In this document: one piece after another, positions 59,090 through 64,000 of the stretch
How positions within the stretch are numbered: position 1 is the first letter of the stretch
How the letters are laid out: every line of letters starts with the position of its first letter
Origin: Lama glama
Taxonomy: Eukaryota
NCBI GenBank assembly: GCA_028534125.1
Contig: CM052817.1
Location: 2,358,001 to 2,422,000 of the forward strand
Direction of reading: 5' to 3'
DNA: 64,000 nt
Position numbers and translations under genes: made by a program
The notes under the pieces: generated by a model
The model's database searches: none
The model's input: only the letters and a program-made list of their open reading frames with translations
Told to the model about the DNA's origin: nothing

Positions 59090-60005
59090 ACGGGGCCAGG
59101 GCAGGGCGACTGAGGGAGGGGGCCAGGCCCTCAGTCCGTGCGGCCTCCCCAGCGGTCCGCTGGCTTAGAGGAAAAGCCGCTCGGACCCATCGGTCTGACA
59201 GCAAGAGTGGAAAGGAGCTCGGCCACCTGCTGGTGGAGGGCGCGGGACAGGCGCCCCCAGCCCGCGCTGGTGCAGGCGTGAAGGGCTTCGGCCTTCCGGA
59301 AAAGCAGCCTGGAAAAATGTATCTCACACGCACGCATGTGCGCCTGCACGCACTCACACTCATGCTAGCCGGCCCAGCAGCGCTGCTGCGGAACGGCTCC
59401 CGGAGGCACAGGAGGAGCAGCCCGGGAGGAAGCGGCTGCACGTCTCCTTGTCCGCAGAGCCCGTGCAGCGCTGTCTGCACTGATCAGCACCCGCAGGACG
59501 AGCCCGCGCCCCGAACGCGGGGTGGGGGAGGCGTGGCCCGTCCTCGGGACGAACGCAGCCAGGGCGAGGCGGGCTGGGCTGGGCTGGGCTGGGCTGGGGA
59601 CTGAGAGGGCCCCGGGGCCGGGGCCGGGTCGTGGAGGGAGGAGAGGCGGACGCAGGCACGGAAAGTGGGGGGGCCTCGGACACACCGGCCCTGCTGGCTG
59701 GGCGTTCATGTCTGTGCTCGCAGATCAAAGGCTTCCGGAGAGAAAGACGTAAAGGTGCACATTAGGTCGGAGGGGTCTTCAGGGGGGCAAGATGGAAGTA
59801 GGAGGGGTGCTGAGGGGGTCCGTGATGGAAGAGAAGCCCCACGAGTGTGAAGCTGCGCGGGGCGCGGGCGGGGGTGGGATCACGGGGGCGCGCACGCGGG
59901 AGGGAGGCAGGGCTGCCCGTGCGGAGGGCCCTGTGGGGTGAGGCGGGTCTGTGCGAGGAGTGCGGGCAGGCAGGTGTTGGCCAGGCTTCGGGGCGTGAGG
60001 GGTGC
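59090..60005. promoter_or_regulatory. CpG-rich promoter-like segment
   Basis: High CpG, CTCF-like motif at 59220-59233, NRF1-like GCATGTGCGC at about 59334-59343, (GGGCT)5 at 59571-59595 and a minus-strand donor GTGAGT at 59357-59352. Confidence 0.6.
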
Positions 60006-60009
60006 AGCG

Positions 60010-60670
60010 TGTCTGGAGGTGTGTGTGTGTGTGTGGGTGGCGTAGAGGGGTGTGGACATGTGTGTGGGTGTGTGTGCTTGAGGGGGACGTGTGTAGCGTG
60101 TGTGTGTGTGTGTACAGGTTTGTGGAGGGTGTAGTGTGTGTGAGGGGCATGGGGGACTGAGCACATGACTTTGGGGATGTGTAGATGGGTGTGTGGGTGT
60201 GGGGGATGGGTCTGTGTGTATGAGTGTGTGGGTGTGTATGTCAGTGAAAGTGTGCGTATTTATGAGTTGGGCTGTGTGTGTAAATGAGTGGGTGTGTGTA
60301 TATACTAGTGTGTGTTATATATGTAGGTAAATGTGTGTGTGTGATATCTGTGAGGGTGTGTGTGTGTTATGAGTGGGTGTGTGTATAAATGAGTATGTGT
60401 TTTTGCATATAAGTGAATGGGGGTGTGTATATAAGTGGGCATGTGAATATAGGTGTGTGTGTATAAGTGAATGGTGATGTGTACACACTAGTGTGTGTTG
60501 TGTATACAGGTAATGTGTGTATACTTGTGTGTGTATCAGTGAGGGTGTGTGTGCAGATGCATGTGTGTGTGTAAGTGAGTGTCTCTGTGTGTGTATCTAA
60601 GTGAGGGGTGTGTGTATAAGTGTGTGTAGGTGAATGTGTGTGTGTGCACACGTGAGCGGGGTGTGGGCGT
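60010..60670. repeat. Degenerate (TG)n-rich tract of about 650 bp
   Basis: Read directly from the sequence. Confidence 0.9.
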
Positions 60671-61589
60671 GGGTCCGTGGCCCCAGGCTGTGTTTCCTCA
60701 AAGAGCTGCATGGAGGGGTGTCCCAGAATGTCAGTGGAGGGTCTCAGGGTGGTGGTCTCCTGGTGACCTGTGTTTTCTCTTTTATATCATCAGGTATTTG
60801 TCAAATTCTTTGTGTTGATCACATATTATTTAATAACATAAAAAGTGATTTTGTTGTAGCATAAAAGGCCAGGGTGAAGGCAGAGACCCTGAGGGACCAG
60901 CAGAGCCGGTGGGTGAGGGCGGGCAACTCAATGGATTGGGGGTGCGGGCGCAGGACGCCTGGCGCGGGCGAGGTCTGTGAACATCTCTTTTGCTGGCCTG
61001 GGTGCCGTCTATTCCTCCACCTGATGAGGGGCTGGAGGCTGAGAGTGGTCAGGGGGCTGCAGGGGGCCTGACGCAGAGCCCCGCCTCCCTGACACCCCAG
61101 GTAAGGGAGGTAGCAACCCCGGGTCCTCATGCCCACGTTGGGGGACCACTCGGCCACATGGACCTCCCCCAGTCCCCACATCAGTGGGTCAGAGGGTCAG
61201 TCAGGGGCTCTGACATGCCAGCCCCTCTACACCTGCTGTCCCCACCCTACCTCCATCACAAGCACACAGGAGCCCAGGAGGACCCCGGGACTTCTGGGAT
61301 CCCAGAACTTCTCCCCCACGACCTCTGACCTCTGTTCCCACTCCGCAGCCCAGAGGCCTTGGGTCCTCCAACCTCGCTAGGCGTCTCTGCCAAATGCCCT
61401 TAACGTTCCTCTCTCAGGGCATCACCCAGAGGACTTCTGACTTTTCCCACTTCATGTTTTAAAAATGAAGTAATACTTGCACTTGGTGCAAACCTCAAAC
61501 AGTGGAGACAGTGGACCTGAGATGTCCTCTCACCCCTGTGCCCGGGAGGGAGCATCACACCAGGCTCCAGGCCCTCCTCCCACAGTCAG

Positions 61590-62018
61590 AGAAGCTGTCG
61601 TGCGTCCCGGGGCTGCCAGGGGCTCGGAACAGCAGCAGCAGACTCTCTCACAGACGGGAAGTCGGAAGTCCAAGACCAAGGTGCTGGCCAGGCCGAGCTC
61701 CCCTTCTGAAGGCGGTGGCTGGGCTGTGTCCCAGGCTCTCTCCCAGCGCCGGGGGTCAGTGCCAATCTTGTGGGGTCACGTGGCAGCGCCTCCGCAGCCC
61801 TGCCCTGCGTCCTCGTCCCGTGCTGCTGTCTCTTTGCAGGGCATTCCTTTTATAAGGACACCAGTCCTGATGGATTAGGGCCCATCCACTCCAGGTGACC
61901 TCACCGTAGTAACACATTGCATCTGCAGTGACCCTATTTCCAGATGAGGTCACATTCTGAGGCACTGGGGTTTAGGGCTTCAACATATGAACTGGGGGAG
62001 ACAGTACAGCCCATCACA
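61590..62018 (-). mobile_element. MaLR solo LTR, MLT1B-like, probably within an old antisense L1ME fragment
   Basis: GAAGTCCAAGACCAAGGTGCTGGC...TTTTATAAGGACACCAGTC...CCCTATTTCCAGATGAGGTCACATTCTGAGGCACTGGGGTTTAGGGCTTCAACATATGAA. Confidence 0.85.
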
Positions 62019-63389
62019 GATGGGCACACAACCAACCATAAATGAGAATCAGTATAAGGTTATGTGTGTAAATATGCCTGTGTGTTTCACCCCCTTTACA
62101 CATCTGTGACACACGCCCTGTACCCTCGTTTCTATGTTTTCCACAACCAACCCTCCAGACTTGGGAGGGTCCCCTATCAAGGCAACCCACTGTTTCCCCA
62201 GCTGCATCACGTGATGGTGGGAAGATGGGTCAGTGTTTACAGACACCCCACCCCGGCTGGCAGGGAGGGCGGTTCAGTTTTCTGCATCACAAGTGCTGCT
62301 GCAGCAAATCTGCTCAGCGACATCCCCCCCACCCCCCACCCCGACAAGTCCTTGCGGGGGGTGGGGGCGGGGGGGGGGGTTCGGGCAGGCAAGCCTGCCC
62401 ACCCGGGGCTCTGGGAAGTGCTGGCTAAACCTGCTGGGCTCCCACACTCAGCAGCTTCTGAGGGGGGAGGGCGAGGACTGGCCTCCTCCCGGGCCCCAGG
62501 CGCCTGCCCACAGAGGGATAACTGAGCAGTGTAACTGGCATTCCTGGGCCAAACATTCCCGCCGGCACCCGCGCTGGGGGCCCCACACAAACACGCCCTG
62601 CTAGGCCACAGGCATCCATTCCAAAACCTAGAGGGGTGAGCCAGGCCAGACTGGCTGGGTTCAGGCTATGGCCAGAGGTTTCCAGAAACTTCCATCCAGC
62701 TCCTGGGAAGAGGTGCCCTGCACCTGCACAGTAGTTCCCCTCTCCTTGTTGTTCCAGCTGCATTTCTCCAACCCCAAGTCACTTCCAATCAAGGTCACAG
62801 GCAGTCTGACTGGTCTGAGGGTCTCCGGTGGTTTGAATAACTCCAAGCACAAACCTGTGCTCCATCGTGGAAACCAAAACCCACCCCCACCTTGAGGTGC
62901 TCTTCATACCACAACCAGCCGCGCCTGCTCCCTGAGATTGGTGACCACAGCCTTGCAGATCTTTACGGAGACAGGACATCAGTGGCAGACAACGAGGGGT
63001 GGCGGTGAATGCAGAGCCGCTGATGGACGTCACACGAGGAAATCAGGAGTGTGACTGTAGCATCACGCTTGAAAACATAATCAGGACAGAGTCCATTCAT
63101 GGACTACTTTCCACCAGCACAGCCTGCAGCACAGGGAGCCCTAGGACGCCCACCTCCAGAGGAGGAGGTGGTGCCTGGGGACAGCAAACAGCTGATCAGA
63201 GGCAGAGCTGGGACCCAAACGCACGCATCCCTGTGGTGCAGAGGCGGATGGAGAGACGCGCAGATGTCATAAAGCAAGGAAAGCCAGGTGCTAATGGAAG
63301 AATCTAGAGGGTACCTAATGGGTGTCCTATGGCCAGTTCTTTCCAAATAAAATGTTGAGGAAGGAAGGGTCCCTCCATCAATGAGAACA

Positions 63390-63925
63390 CCCTCAGCCCG
63401 CCCCCGCGCCCGCAAGGTTGATGGTTTCCCGAGCGCGGGGACACCGGGATCTGGTGGATGCCCACCCCAAGCAGGGACAAGACATGACGCAGCGCCCAAG
63501 CCTGGGCTGGGGGGTGAGCAGAAGGTGAGAGTTCGGCTCCGGCCCAGGGCAGGTGCTCCTGGCAAGGCCCTGAGGGTTGAAGGGGGAGCAGCCTCCTTGG
63601 CACAGGCGTTGGCACGTCTTGTCCACCCCATCCTCCGGCGGCTCCGGACTGGGACCCTTCTCGGGCGCCCCGGCGGGGAAGGGGGCTTCTCGGCTGGCCC
63701 GGGCGGCGCTTCGGGAGCGCGCCTCTGGCGACTCGCACACGCTGCCCCGGGATGGTCCTTGGGAACCTCGCCCAGAACCCGGGGCTTCCGGGCCCGGCCG
63801 GCGTCCCGCCGGCAGCGCGCCGGGAATGCTGCGGACGCCATCCAGCCCCGCCCCCGCCCCGCCTCCGCTGCCCTCTTCCCCGCCCCTCTCCTCCCTCCCC
63901 ACTCCCCTCCCCGCCCTCCCCAGGC
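63390..63925. promoter_or_regulatory. CpG island with tandem GC boxes at the window end
   Basis: Dense CpG at 63630-63870, CCCCGCCCCCGCCCCGCC at 63846-63863, followed by a C/T-rich tract. Confidence 0.7.
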
Positions 63926-64000
63926 ATCCCTTCCTCCCTCGTTTGGTTCTCCGCCCCATCCATCTCCATCCCCATACACACCTTCCCTTCCTTGCCCTCT

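Noticed and set aside
59571..59599. Immunoglobulin switch region
   Set aside because: There are only five GGGCT units, whereas switch regions span kilobases, and no Ig constant exons are visible.
1..64000. Hundreds of 60-320 aa ORFs in the ORF track as protein-coding genes
   Set aside because: They overlap in all six frames, are Pro/Gly/Ala/Arg-rich and show no recognisable domain. This is expected from stop-codon scarcity in GC-rich mammalian DNA.
49150..64000. Assigning a named gene to the CpG islands
   Set aside because: No exon or peptide was recognised, so any gene symbol would be a guess.

Overview
GC-rich mammalian genomic DNA, most likely from a camelid (alpaca, llama or camel), judged from two tRNA-Ala-derived SINEs that match the vic-1 family as I recall it. 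I could not recognise any host protein-coding exon or functional RNA gene. The ORF track is mostly GC-rich noise; the only recognisable peptides are decayed LINE-1 ORF2 pieces. The window reads as intergenic or first-intron sequence. It holds about 11 MaLR (MLT1) solo LTRs, 3 ERV1-type solo LTRs, several L1 fragments (some nested, with visible target-site duplications), MIRs, a palindromic MER53 MITE and a probable hAT-Tip100 remnant. CpG-rich promoter-like segments lie at about 3.8-4.3, 49.1-51.3, 59.1-60.0 and 63.4-63.9 kb. The most notable observations are a 12-bp invariant repeat with 4-bp variable spacers at 3125-3185, a candidate Met-Ser micro first exon at 59.4 kb, strong AT-to-GC drift in old repeats, CTCF-like motifs and several enhancer-like patches. 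I found no convincing novel biological system. Repeat subfamily names come from remembered consensus sequences, and boundaries are approximate until RepeatMasker/Dfam is run.
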